64,000 bases of DNA, from NCBI RefSeq assembly GCF_021246445.1, contig NZ_JAJQXW010000002.1, positions 62,001 to 126,000 of the forward strand, written 5' to 3'. A program made the translations under genes and the position numbers. This stretch comes from Rhabdothermincola salaria (GTDB lineage: Bacteria > Actinomycetota > Acidimicrobiia > Acidimicrobiales > Acidimicrobilacustridaceae). The notes beneath the pieces were generated by a model that saw only the letters and a program-made list of their open reading frames with translations, made no database searches and had not been told where the DNA came from. How positions within the stretch are numbered: position 1 is the stretch's first letter; each line of letters begins with the position of its first letter. Shown in pieces: positions 8,684-17,505 of the stretch.

Positions 8684-9427
8684 TCAGGCCCTTCCGTCGA
8701 GGAGTGAGGGATCGGCCCGCAGCTCGGCGCGGACCATGGCCTCCCAGAAGCCGATGAAGCCGTTGCCGTCGCTCTTGGCCATGCGGTCGAGCCACGAGGC
8801 CGGCAGCGAGGTGCGCAGCTCCCCGCCGGCGGCCCGCACGTGCCAGGCCCGCTGGCAGCGCTGCTCGAGCGCCACCGCCCGCTGGTGCACGGCCCGCACG
8901 GTGGAGCCGAGCACGAACACGCCGTGGCCGGCCAGCAACGCCAGCTCGGCGCCGCCCATGGCCTCCACCGCCGCCCGCGCCGCATTGGCGTTGTCGACCG
9001 CGCCCTCGTACTCGTCGACGAGCACCAGCTCGCCGCCGCCGAGGCTCGAGCTCTGGTCGAGCGCCGGGGGCACCTCGCCCATGTCGGCCCACACGGTGCC
9101 GTAGAGCGGGTGGCTGTGCATGGCCACCCCCACGTCGGTGCGGAGCTTGTGCAGCTCGAGGTGCAGGGGGATCCCGAGGGGCACCGGCCAGTCGCCCTCG
9201 ACCACGTTGCCCTCGAGGTCGATGCGGATCACCTGCTCGGGCCGCAGCTCGTCCCAGGTGATCAGCCAGGGGTTGCACAGCAGGGTGCCGTCGCCCTGGT
9301 TGATGGTGATGTGGCCGGCGAGGTGGTCGTTGTACCCCTCGCGCCACAGGGCCCGGGCCAGCAGCGCCAGCTCTTCGCGGGGCGTGACGTCCGGCAGCAG
9401 CTTCTCGGCGGTCGGGGTGAAGGCCAT
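8684..9427 (-). CDS. Class II aldolase/adducin family protein
   Basis: GHIT, LHLELHKLR, MHSHP and LLAGHG metal-binding motifs. Confidence 0.88.
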   Translation of the reverse strand: MAFTPTAEKLLPDVTPREELALLARALWREGYNDHLAGHITINQGDGTLLCNPWLITWDELRPEQVIRIDLEGNVVEGDWPVPLGIPLHLELHKLRTDVGVAMHSHPLYGTVWADMGEVPPALDQSSSLGGGELVLVDEYEGAVDNANAARAAVEAMGGAELALLAGHGVFVLGSTVRAVHQRAVALEQRCQRAWHVRAAGGELRTSLPASWLDRMAKSDGNGFIGFWEAMVRAELRADPSLLDGRA

Positions 9428-9465
9428 GGTGGCTCCTCGGTCGATCGGCGGTGGTGGCGGCTCGC

Positions 9466-10764
9466 TCAGCGAGAGCCGGCGGTGGCCGGTGCCGGCGGTG
9501 CGTAGGTGCGCCAGGTCTCGAGGTCGCGCTCGTCGGCTCGGCGACCGACATGGGTGACGGTGTCCACGTCGGGCGACTCGGCCCGCAGGGCGGCGACGGT
9601 GCAGCGCTCACGGGGCCGGACGGCGAAGGGGTCGAACTGGAAGGCCCGCATGGCGTTGCCGTGCAGGATCTTGTCGGCCTGCTCCTGGGTGAGCCCGGCG
9701 TCGATGGTCTCCATCAGGAACTCGGGGGCGTTGGGCCAGGTCGAGTCGGAGTGCGGGTAGTCGGACTCCCAGCAGACCATGTCCTCGTCGAGGTGCCCGA
9801 TGAGCTCGGCGCCCACCGGGTCCTGGATGAAGCACACGTAGGTGCGTTCGAGGAAGACCTCCGACGGCAGCCGGCCCTCGGGCATCTCGGCCTGGGTCCA
9901 GCCGTGGTGGCGCTTGTAGACGTGGTCGGCCCGCTGCAGGAAGTGGGGCAACCAGCCGATGTCGCCCTCGGACAGGGCGAAGCGCAGGTCGGGGAAGCGC
10001 TGCCACCAGTTCCCCCAGACCAGGTCGCCGGCGGCGTAGGCCGAGCTCATGCCCGAGAGCGTCATGGGCACGCTGGCCGGCGCGTCGTGGGAGGTGAAGG
10101 CGCTCTTGCCCGACGAGCCGATGTGCATGCAGATGACCGTGCCCAGGTCCTGGCAGGTGGCGAAGAGCCGGTCCCAGTGGTCGGTGTGCAGCGACGGGTG
10201 CCCGAGCGGCTCGGGGTTCTCGGGGAAGGTGATGGCGTGGCAGCCCTTGTCGGCCAGGCGCTGCACCTCGGCCACCGCCCGCTCGACGTCGAAGTAGGGC
10301 ACCAGGCCGAGGGGGATGAAGCGCTCGGGGTGGGCCGCGCACCAGGTGTCGATGTGCCAGTCGTTGTAGGCCCGGATCATGACCTCGTTGACGTCGGCGT
10401 CGGGTCCCTGGTTGAGGACCTGGCCGGCGAAACCCGTCCAGTTGGGGAAGTTGAGGCCGGCCAGCTGTCCGCCGGCATTCATGTCGCGCACCCGCTCGTC
10501 GACGTCGTAGCAGCCCGGCCGCATGTGCTCGTAGCGCAGGGCGTCGACGTTGTAGAGCTCGGGCGGCTTGCCGGCCACGGCGTTCAGACCGAGGTTCCGC
10601 CCCCGGATGTCGCCGTAGTACCACTGCTGCACCGCCCCGTCCTTCTCGTCGCGCACGACGGGGGTGAGTTCCCGGTACTTCTCGGGCACGTGGCCCTCGA
10701 ACATGTCAGCCGGCTCACAGATGTGGTCGTCGACGCTGATCAGGATGAGATCCTCGGCACGCAT
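9466..10764 (-). CDS. Amidohydrolase family 2 protein
   Basis: MRAEDLILISVDDHICEP, CMHIGSS, WESDYPHSDSTWP; ATG overlaps the upstream TGA. Confidence 0.92.
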   Translation of the reverse strand: MRAEDLILISVDDHICEPADMFEGHVPEKYRELTPVVRDEKDGAVQQWYYGDIRGRNLGLNAVAGKPPELYNVDALRYEHMRPGCYDVDERVRDMNAGGQLAGLNFPNWTGFAGQVLNQGPDADVNEVMIRAYNDWHIDTWCAAHPERFIPLGLVPYFDVERAVAEVQRLADKGCHAITFPENPEPLGHPSLHTDHWDRLFATCQDLGTVICMHIGSSGKSAFTSHDAPASVPMTLSGMSSAYAAGDLVWGNWWQRFPDLRFALSEGDIGWLPHFLQRADHVYKRHHGWTQAEMPEGRLPSEVFLERTYVCFIQDPVGAELIGHLDEDMVCWESDYPHSDSTWPNAPEFLMETIDAGLTQEQADKILHGNAMRAFQFDPFAVRPRERCTVAALRAESPDVDTVTHVGRRADERDLETWRTYAPPAPATAGSR

Positions 10765-11954
10765 CACGGGAGGGTCCTCTCGGGCAGGGGGTGGCGGAAG
10801 AGCTTCGCGGCGTTCTCGCTGCACATCATCCGCAGCTCGTCGTCGGGGATGTGGCCCCAGGCCTCGTGGATGACGTCCTGCACGTCGGGCCAGGTGCCGT
10901 CCCCGTGGGGGTAGTCGGTCTCCACCATGATGTTCTCGACCCCGATGCGGTGGCGGGTGTCGATGGTGCTCGGGTCGTCGAGGCTGCAGAACCAGAAGTT
11001 GCGCTGCAGCACGTCGGCGGGGCGCACGTCCCAGCCCAGGCCGTACCCGGAGCGGTCGATGATGTTGTCGAGGCGGTCGAGCAGCATGGCCACCCAGCCG
11101 ATGCCGCCCTCGCTCATGGCGATCTTGAGGTCCGGGTACTCGACGGCCCAGCCCGACCACAGCCACTCGGCGGCCGACACCAGCGAGATGGAGCCGAAGA
11201 GGGTGGCGCCGAGCTGGAGGCTGGGAGCACCCGGCGGCGCCTCGTGCACCCCCGAGCTGCCCACGTGCAGGCAGATGACCGTGCCGGTGTCGACGCAGGC
11301 CTCGATGATGGGGCGCCAGTGGTCGCGGTCCCACAGCGACGGAAGGCCGATCTTGTGGGGCCGCTCGGGGAAGCTGATCGCCGTGAACCCGCGATCTGCG
11401 TTGCGGCGGATCTCGGCGGCCGCCGCCTGAGGGTCGGCCAGGTAGGCGATGCCGCCGGGGACGATGCGGGTGGGGTACGCCGAGTACCACTCGTCGTGGA
11501 GCCAGTCGTTCCAGGCCCGGGTGCACGCCTGGCCGACCTCGACGTCCTGGGCGGCGAAGAAGACCCGACCGCAGAACCCGGTGATCTGGGAGGGGAAGTT
11601 GAGGCTGGCCCAGACCCCGGCGATGTCCATGTCGCGGATGCGGGCCTCGATGTCGTAGCAGCCCGGGCGCATCTCGCTGAAGCGGGAGGGCTCGAGCTTG
11701 ACGGTCTCCTTGCGCCGGCCGGCGATGGCGTTCATGCCCACCTGGAGGAAGACCTGGCCCTCGAAGTGCCAGACCTCCTGGCCGTTGGCGTTGGCCACGA
11801 TCTGGGGTCCCCGCTCCTGGAGGCCCTCGGGCAGGTAGCGCTCGAACAGGTAGCCGGGCTCGACCACGTGATCGTCGACCGAGATGATCGTGTAGCGCAC
11901 CGGACGGGGCTCGGGCTCGGGCAGGAACAGCTCGGGGTCGAGTTCGAGGGTCAT
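10764..11954 (-). CDS. Amidohydrolase family 2 protein
   Basis: ISVDDHVVEP, CLHVGSS, SEGGIGW, ETDYPHGDGTWP. Confidence 0.92.
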   Translation of the reverse strand: MTLELDPELFLPEPEPRPVRYTIISVDDHVVEPGYLFERYLPEGLQERGPQIVANANGQEVWHFEGQVFLQVGMNAIAGRRKETVKLEPSRFSEMRPGCYDIEARIRDMDIAGVWASLNFPSQITGFCGRVFFAAQDVEVGQACTRAWNDWLHDEWYSAYPTRIVPGGIAYLADPQAAAAEIRRNADRGFTAISFPERPHKIGLPSLWDRDHWRPIIEACVDTGTVICLHVGSSGVHEAPPGAPSLQLGATLFGSISLVSAAEWLWSGWAVEYPDLKIAMSEGGIGWVAMLLDRLDNIIDRSGYGLGWDVRPADVLQRNFWFCSLDDPSTIDTRHRIGVENIMVETDYPHGDGTWPDVQDVIHEAWGHIPDDELRMMCSENAAKLFRHPLPERTLP

Positions 11955-12085
11955 GCGGGGCTCCACGGTCGGCCGACGTCGCCCGACCACCATCGCACGA
12001 CCGGGCCCTGCGTTGCCCGTCGACCCAGGGCTGCTCGCCCGGCGTTCCCCCCGCGGGTGGGTGGGGGGCCGGCGACGGCTGGTCG

Positions 12086-13039
12086 TCAGCCGAGGTGACG
12101 GCCCAGGAAGTCGGCGGTCACGGCGGCCGCCCGCTGGTGCTGGGGGCCGTCGTAGGCGCAGAAGTGGTGGCCCTCGACCATCTCGAGTTGCTTGGGCTCC
12201 GACGCCCGCTCGTAGGTGTCGAGGGCGACAGCCGTGGCCGCCACCCGATCGTCGGTGGCCACGACCATCAGCACGGGGGTGCCGTCGAGGCGTGGGGCGC
12301 ACACGGCCGGGTCGAACACCACGTCGGTGGCGTAGCGCATGGTGAACCGGTTCGCCCACCCCGCGTCGGGTCCCCGACCGAGGAACCACTCGGCGGAGTC
12401 GGCGTCGTCGAGGAAGCCGGGCACGTCGCTCCCCGGCTCGCGCACCACCGGGCCCTCCGGTGTGACCTCGACGGCGGGCGACACCGTGCCCTCGAGCGCG
12501 GCCCGGATGCCCTCGAACCGAGCCCGGGCGACCTCGGGGTCGAGGTCGGCGGCGTCGCCGATGCCGGCGAAGGGCACGTTGGCCACGACGGCGCGCACCC
12601 GCCGGTCGACGGCCGCCACGCACAGGGCCTCGCCGGCGCTGAAGCTCGACCCCCACAGGCCCAGGCGGTCGGCGTCGACCTCGGCACGGTCGGCCAGCCA
12701 ACCGAGGGCGACGCGCATGTCGAGCATCTGGGCCCAGGGGTCGAGCTCGCCTCGGGGTTCGCCGTCGCTGTCGCCCAGGTTGCGGTGGTCGTAGACCAGC
12801 ACGGCCAGCCCGGTGGCCGCGAACGCCTCGGCGAAGCCGGCCAGGCCCATGCGCCGGGTGGCCGAGAACCCGTGCGTCATCACCACCCCGGGCACCGGAC
12901 CGTCCGCCGCCGTGGCCGGCAGGTACAGCCACCCCCGCAGCACCGTGCCGTCGGTGGCACTGAAGGCCACGTCGGTGCGCGCCACCTCACCGCTCCCCGG
13001 TGTGGCGTCGGTGTTCGCGTCGGCGTCGGTGTCGGTCAC
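12086..13039 (-). CDS. Alpha/beta hydrolase (S15/AXE-like)
   Basis: HGFS oxyanion loop, YDHRNLGDSDGEPR, GSSFSAG nucleophile elbow, C-terminal GHHF. Confidence 0.85.
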   Translation of the reverse strand: MTDTDADANTDATPGSGEVARTDVAFSATDGTVLRGWLYLPATAADGPVPGVVMTHGFSATRRMGLAGFAEAFAATGLAVLVYDHRNLGDSDGEPRGELDPWAQMLDMRVALGWLADRAEVDADRLGLWGSSFSAGEALCVAAVDRRVRAVVANVPFAGIGDAADLDPEVARARFEGIRAALEGTVSPAVEVTPEGPVVREPGSDVPGFLDDADSAEWFLGRGPDAGWANRFTMRYATDVVFDPAVCAPRLDGTPVLMVVATDDRVAATAVALDTYERASEPKQLEMVEGHHFCAYDGPQHQRAAAVTADFLGRHLG

Positions 13040-13172
13040 GGGTGCCCCCTCAGAGTCGGTGTGCCGCCGGCAGCAGCGGCGCAGCGGCCATGGCGAGAGC
13101 GGCCGCAGCGGCCATGGTAGGAAGGCTCCGGGGCCCCGGTCGCCGGGACCCGCCACCACTACCTGGGGGACC

Positions 13173-14336
13173 ATGGCCAGCCATCCCTTCCACGACGTCG
13201 CCATCGTCGGCGTGCACAACACCGCCCAGGCCAAGGTGCTCGAGGGGCACGACGCTCGCAGCATCACGCTCGAGGCCGCCCTCGGCGCCCTCGACGACGC
13301 CGGGTTCGCCCCCGGCGACGTGGACGGCGTGGTCGGTCCCACCACCGCCGACTTCCTCTACCAGTCGCGTGGCGGGCCGATGTGGCGCTCGACCTCCGGG
13401 TTCGGCATCCCCGCCCTGCTCGACGGGGCCATGGCCATCGCCTGCGGCTTGGCCTCGGTGGTGCTCTACGCCACCGGCGGCGCCGGGTCCTACCGCGACC
13501 GCTCCGCCACCGCCCCGTGGACCCGGCCCACCAACGAGTACGTGCTGCCGTTCGGCATGTTCACCGCCGCCGAGTTCGCCCTCATGGCTCGCCGCCACAT
13601 GCACACCTACGGCACGCCGCCCGAAGCCCTGGCCCACGTGGCGGCGACCATCCGCAACAACGGCCACGTGAACCCGGCGGCCGTCTTCGCCGGTCGCGGC
13701 CCGTACACCGACCAGGACATCCTCGACAGCCGCATGGTCGCCGATCCCTTCCACCTGCTCGACTGCGCCATCAACTCCGAGGGCGGCTCGGCCCTGGTGC
13801 TGGCCCGCGCCGACCGGGCCACGGCAGCGGCCCGTGCCCCGGTGTGGATCCTCGGCGGCACCACCGACCACGTCGGTCCCGCCTACCAGCACCCGCCCTC
13901 CTGGGACCTCCCCGGGCGCGACGGGTCCGTGGCCGGCTGGGTGGGGCGCCGCGCCGCCGCCCAGAGCTTCGCCATGGCCGGTCTCGGACCCGACGACGTC
14001 GACGTGTGCGAGTTCTACGACCCCTTCAGCTTCGAGATCATCCGGCAGTTCGAGGCGTTCGGCTTCTGCGACGAGGGCGAAGGCGCCGACCTGGTGCTCT
14101 CCGGCGCCATCGAGCCGGGAGGACGTTGGCCGGTCACCACCGACGGAGGGCTGCTGTCGTTCAGCCACGGCGGCGGCGCCGTGCAGATGGTGCAACGGGT
14201 GATCCGTGGCGTCCACCAGCTCCGCGGCGAGTGCGCCACCATGCAGGTGGCCGACGCCGAGGTGGCCATGTGCTCGGGCGGGGGCTCCGGCGCGCTGTTC
14301 AACGACGTGATGCTGCTCGGCAAGGAGCGCCCGTGA
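13173..14336 (+). CDS. Thiolase-fold (Ltp2/SCP-x-like) protein, probably aldolase-type
   Basis: SRMVADPFHLLDC, EFYDPF, DGGLLSFSH; no N-terminal nucleophilic Cys. Confidence 0.85.
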   Translation: MASHPFHDVAIVGVHNTAQAKVLEGHDARSITLEAALGALDDAGFAPGDVDGVVGPTTADFLYQSRGGPMWRSTSGFGIPALLDGAMAIACGLASVVLYATGGAGSYRDRSATAPWTRPTNEYVLPFGMFTAAEFALMARRHMHTYGTPPEALAHVAATIRNNGHVNPAAVFAGRGPYTDQDILDSRMVADPFHLLDCAINSEGGSALVLARADRATAAARAPVWILGGTTDHVGPAYQHPPSWDLPGRDGSVAGWVGRRAAAQSFAMAGLGPDDVDVCEFYDPFSFEIIRQFEAFGFCDEGEGADLVLSGAIEPGGRWPVTTDGGLLSFSHGGGAVQMVQRVIRGVHQLRGECATMQVADAEVAMCSGGGSGALFNDVMLLGKERP

Positions 14337-14752
14337 CCCTGCTGGTCCCCCAACCCGAAGGCATCCCCCTGCCCACCCCGTCGGAGTTCTCCGAGACCTA
14401 CTGGGAGGGGTGCGCCCGGGGCGAGCTGCGCTTCCAGCGCTGCCGCGACTGCGGGGCCGCCACCCACACCCCGGCGGTGATGTGCGCGGTGTGCACGTCC
14501 CGGTCACTCACGTGGGAGCAGTCGTCCGGCCTCGGTGAGGTCTACAGCTGGACCGTGGTGTGGCGACCCCCGACCGCCGACTTCGTCGTGCCCTACGCCC
14601 CGGTCATCGTGACCATGCAGGAGGGGTGGGAGCTGCTGAGCAACCTCGTCGGCGTCGACCACACCGAACCGCAGGTGGGCATGGCCGTCGAGGTGGAGTT
14701 CCACCCCGTGGGCGGGGGCGTGCAGCTCCCCTACGTCGCCCCGCGCCGCTGA
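14333..14752 (+). CDS. DUF35 Zn-ribbon/OB-fold protein (ChsH2-C-like)
   Basis: YWEG, QRCRDCG...CAVC, SGLGEVYSWTVV; GTGA overlap with the thiolase stop. Confidence 0.9.
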   Translation: MTLLVPQPEGIPLPTPSEFSETYWEGCARGELRFQRCRDCGAATHTPAVMCAVCTSRSLTWEQSSGLGEVYSWTVVWRPPTADFVVPYAPVIVTMQEGWELLSNLVGVDHTEPQVGMAVEVEFHPVGGGVQLPYVAPRR

Positions 14753-14813
14753 GCGTCCGTCGGGGCGTGGTCGGCCCGCACCGGCGGCGCGGTGACGGAG
14801 TATTCCGGGGCGG

Positions 14814-15146
14814 TCAGGTGCGGCGAGGTCGCGACGGGCAGGCGCCGCCGGAGCGTTGGGCCCGGCGGATGAGGTGGAACCCGTAGCCGGTGCCCAGCAC
14901 CCAGGTGAGCGTGAGCACACCGCCGGCGACCCAGGCGTGGTCGCGCACCAGCGCTCCGGCCGACGTGCCGGCCAGCACGGTGGCGAGCACGCCGAGGCTC
15001 AGCGGGAGGTGGCAGGGGCACAACAGGAACGACCACAGCAACCACCGGCGGCCGTGGCGCTCGAGCGCGACCGTCTCCGCGGCCGGGGCGACGAGGCCGT
15101 CGACGACCGGGAGCGACGAGGTGCGGTGGGGAGCGTCGGTCGCCAT
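14814..15146 (-). CDS. MerE-like small membrane protein (CPCH motif)
   Basis: WSFLLCPCHLPLSLGVLATVLAGTSAGALVRDH resembles MerE (CPCHLP...VLAGTTAGAF..EH); two hydrophobic helices. Confidence 0.7.
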   Translation of the reverse strand: MATDAPHRTSSLPVVDGLVAPAAETVALERHGRRWLLWSFLLCPCHLPLSLGVLATVLAGTSAGALVRDHAWVAGGVLTLTWVLGTGYGFHLIRRAQRSGGACPSRPRRT

Positions 15147-15152
15147 GCAACC

Positions 15153-15171
15153 ACTATACCCCCCGGGGTGT
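15153..15171 (-). promoter_or_regulatory. Leaderless -10 (TATAGT) overlapped by a CsoR/RcnR-like C/G-tract palindrome
   Basis: TATAGT lies 6 nt before the ATG at 15146; ATACCCC-CC-GGGGTGT at 15156-15171. Confidence 0.55.
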
Positions 15172-15279
15172 CCATCCCGCACCGCTCACCACCGGGCAGG
15201 AGTCCCGGCGACCGTCGCGGGCCGGGCGCGTACAGTGGCCGGGCGCCCCGGAGGAACCGGGTCGCGAGACAGGGGGAAC

Positions 15280-16062
15280 ATGGCCGCGGGACAGGTCCGA
15301 CTCGACATCGACGGTGCGATCGCCACCATCACCAACGACAACCCCGAGAAGCGCAACGCCTTCACCGACGACATGGATGCCCAGCTGTTCGCCATCCTCG
15401 GCGAGCTGCGTCAGCGCACCGACGTCCGGGCCGTCATCTGGCGGGGCGAGGGCCACTCGTGGTCGTCGGGTCGAGACGTGTCGGCCATCGGCACCAACAA
15501 GACCGAGCTCACCCACCACGAGCTGATGACCCGGGGGCACAAGGGCATCCAGCAGCTGTTCGACCTCGACGCCCCGGTCATCGTGGCCATCCAGGGGTGG
15601 GCCATCGGCGGGTCGTTCCAGCGGGCCCTCCTCTGCGACGTGCGCATCGCGGCCGAGGGAGCCCGGTTCATGCTTCCCGAGGTGGGCCACGGGGTGATCC
15701 CCGACACCGGCGGCATGGGCCGCCTGTTCCAGATGTGCGGTCCCGGGGTGGTCAGCGACATGGTGCTCACCGGCCGCCCCCTCGGCACCGAGGAGGCGCT
15801 GGCCCTCGGCATCGTGTCTCGGATCGTGGCCCCCGAGGACCTCGACGCCACCGCGCGGGAGATGGCCGAGAAGGTCGCCGCCGCCCCGGCGGTCACCGTG
15901 AAGATGGCCCGGCGCGTCATCCAGCACCTGGCCGAACCCGAGATCCGCACCTCCATGGCCGATGAGCTCGTCTACCAGACCTTCATCAACCAGTCCCAGG
16001 ACTTCGCCGAGTTCCGCGCCGCCCGGGCCGAGGGCCGCGAGCCTCGCTACACGGGGAGCTGA
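15280..16062 (+). CDS. Enoyl-CoA hydratase/isomerase family protein
   Basis: NPEKRNAF, SSGRD, GWAIGG, LPEVGHGVIPDTGG. Confidence 0.9.
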   Translation: MAAGQVRLDIDGAIATITNDNPEKRNAFTDDMDAQLFAILGELRQRTDVRAVIWRGEGHSWSSGRDVSAIGTNKTELTHHELMTRGHKGIQQLFDLDAPVIVAIQGWAIGGSFQRALLCDVRIAAEGARFMLPEVGHGVIPDTGGMGRLFQMCGPGVVSDMVLTGRPLGTEEALALGIVSRIVAPEDLDATAREMAEKVAAAPAVTVKMARRVIQHLAEPEIRTSMADELVYQTFINQSQDFAEFRAARAEGREPRYTGS

Positions 16063-16065
16063 CCC

Positions 16066-16980
16066 ATGACCGACACCGACGCCACCCCGCCCGCGCCCAC
16101 GCCCGCCCCCGGCCTCCCCGACGCGCCACCGCTCGGCGCGTCGGCCCTCCCCGAGGGCACCTACGACGGCACCGTGGTCTTCGTCACCGGCGGCGGCACC
16201 GGGCTGGGGGCGGCCATCGCCACCGAGTTCGCCCGCCTCGGCGCCTCCATCGTGATCGCCAGCCGCAAGCCCGAGCACCTCGAGGCCGGCCACGAGCGCA
16301 TCGCCGAGCTGGGGGCCCCGGTCGTCACCGTGGGCTGCGACATCCGAGACCCCGAGCAGATCGCGGCGGCGTTCGACGCCGCCGTCGAGGCCTTCGGCCT
16401 CCCGGACGTGCTCGTCAACAACGCGGCGGCGAACTTCCCGGTGCCGGCCGAGGACATGTCGCCCAATGCCTGGCGCACGGTGGTCGACATCACCCTCAAC
16501 GGCACGTTCTTCTGCGCCCGCGAGTTCGCCCGCCGCCACCTCGACGCCGGCACCCCGGGGTCGATCGTCAACGTCGGCGCCAGCTACGCCTGGACCGGTG
16601 GACCGGGGTTCGCCCACTCGGCGGCGGCCAAGGCCGGCGTCAAGAACATGGTCGAGACCCTGGCGGTCGAGTGGGGCCCCTACGGCATCCAGGTCAACGG
16701 CCTGGTGCCCGGCCTCATGCCCCACGAGGACATGACCGCCGACATCCAGGGCAACCTGGCGCGCACCAACGACAAGGACGCCTGCCAGCCGGCGCTGCGG
16801 GTCGGGCGACCTCGCGAGCTGGCCTGGGCCGCCACCTTCCTGGCCTCGCCCTACGCCCGCTTCATCAGCGGCCACACCCTGGTGGTCGACGGGGCCAACT
16901 GGCAGCGCCGCACGCTCACCAACCCACCCGTGGTCACCGTGCGCGACCAGATGGGCAAGGACCCCTTCTCCCTGGGATGA
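16066..16980 (+). CDS. SDR, 2,4-dienoyl-CoA reductase-like
   Basis: TGGGTGLG, NNAAANFPVPAE, HSAAAKAGV, LAVEWG. Confidence 0.88.
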   Translation: MTDTDATPPAPTPAPGLPDAPPLGASALPEGTYDGTVVFVTGGGTGLGAAIATEFARLGASIVIASRKPEHLEAGHERIAELGAPVVTVGCDIRDPEQIAAAFDAAVEAFGLPDVLVNNAAANFPVPAEDMSPNAWRTVVDITLNGTFFCAREFARRHLDAGTPGSIVNVGASYAWTGGPGFAHSAAAKAGVKNMVETLAVEWGPYGIQVNGLVPGLMPHEDMTADIQGNLARTNDKDACQPALRVGRPRELAWAATFLASPYARFISGHTLVVDGANWQRRTLTNPPVVTVRDQMGKDPFSLG

Positions 16981-17005
16981 CCCGTCCATCCCCGACCCGG
17001 AGGGG

Positions 17006-17473
17006 TCAGGGGTGGGGGTGGGCCTCGATCAGGTGGGTGAGCCGGGCCAGCGAACCGGCCAGCGACACCCTCTCCACCGCGTCGACCCCCAGGGCGGACT
17101 CCCAGCCGTGGAGGTCGGCGTTGACCGAGGTCGCCAGGGCCAACCCCGCATCGGTGGCCTCGACCACGATGCGGCGTCGATCGGAGGGATCGGGCAGCCG
17201 CCGGATCCAACCGGCCCGCTCGAGGCGATCGAGGGTCAACGACATCCCACCGGTCGTGCGGCCGAGCACGTCGCAGATGGCGGTGGGAGCGCTGCGCTGC
17301 TCGGGTGAACGGCGGATGACGCCCAGCACCAGGTAGTCGGCCGCGCTGATGCCGTGCGCGGTGGTGATGCGGTCGAGCACCTGGCCGACGAGGATCTCGA
17401 GTCGGACCACGTGGCCCAGCAGGTCGTCGTCGCCTTCGGGCAGGTCGAGCGCAGGGTCCGGGGACGCGATCAC
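17006..17473 (-). CDS. MarR family transcriptional regulator (alternative start 17506)
   Basis: TTGGMSLTLDRLERAGWIRRLPDPSDRR winged-helix motif. Confidence 0.85.
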   Translation of the reverse strand: MIASPDPALDLPEGDDDLLGHVVRLEILVGQVLDRITTAHGISAADYLVLGVIRRSPEQRSAPTAICDVLGRTTGGMSLTLDRLERAGWIRRLPDPSDRRRIVVEATDAGLALATSVNADLHGWESALGVDAVERVSLAGSLARLTHLIEAHPHP

Positions 17474-17505
17474 GTCAGGGCTGCGCTCGACGCCTACGGC
17501 CCCCA

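Noticed and set aside
5171..14752. Canonical KstR/KstR2 cholesterol cluster
   Set aside because: kstD, hsa, ipdAB and acyl-CoA dehydrogenases are absent, and I saw no clear KstR or KstR2 boxes by eye.
14814..15146. Mercury-resistance (mer) operon
   Set aside because: No merR, merA, merT or merP nearby; only the MerE-like gene.
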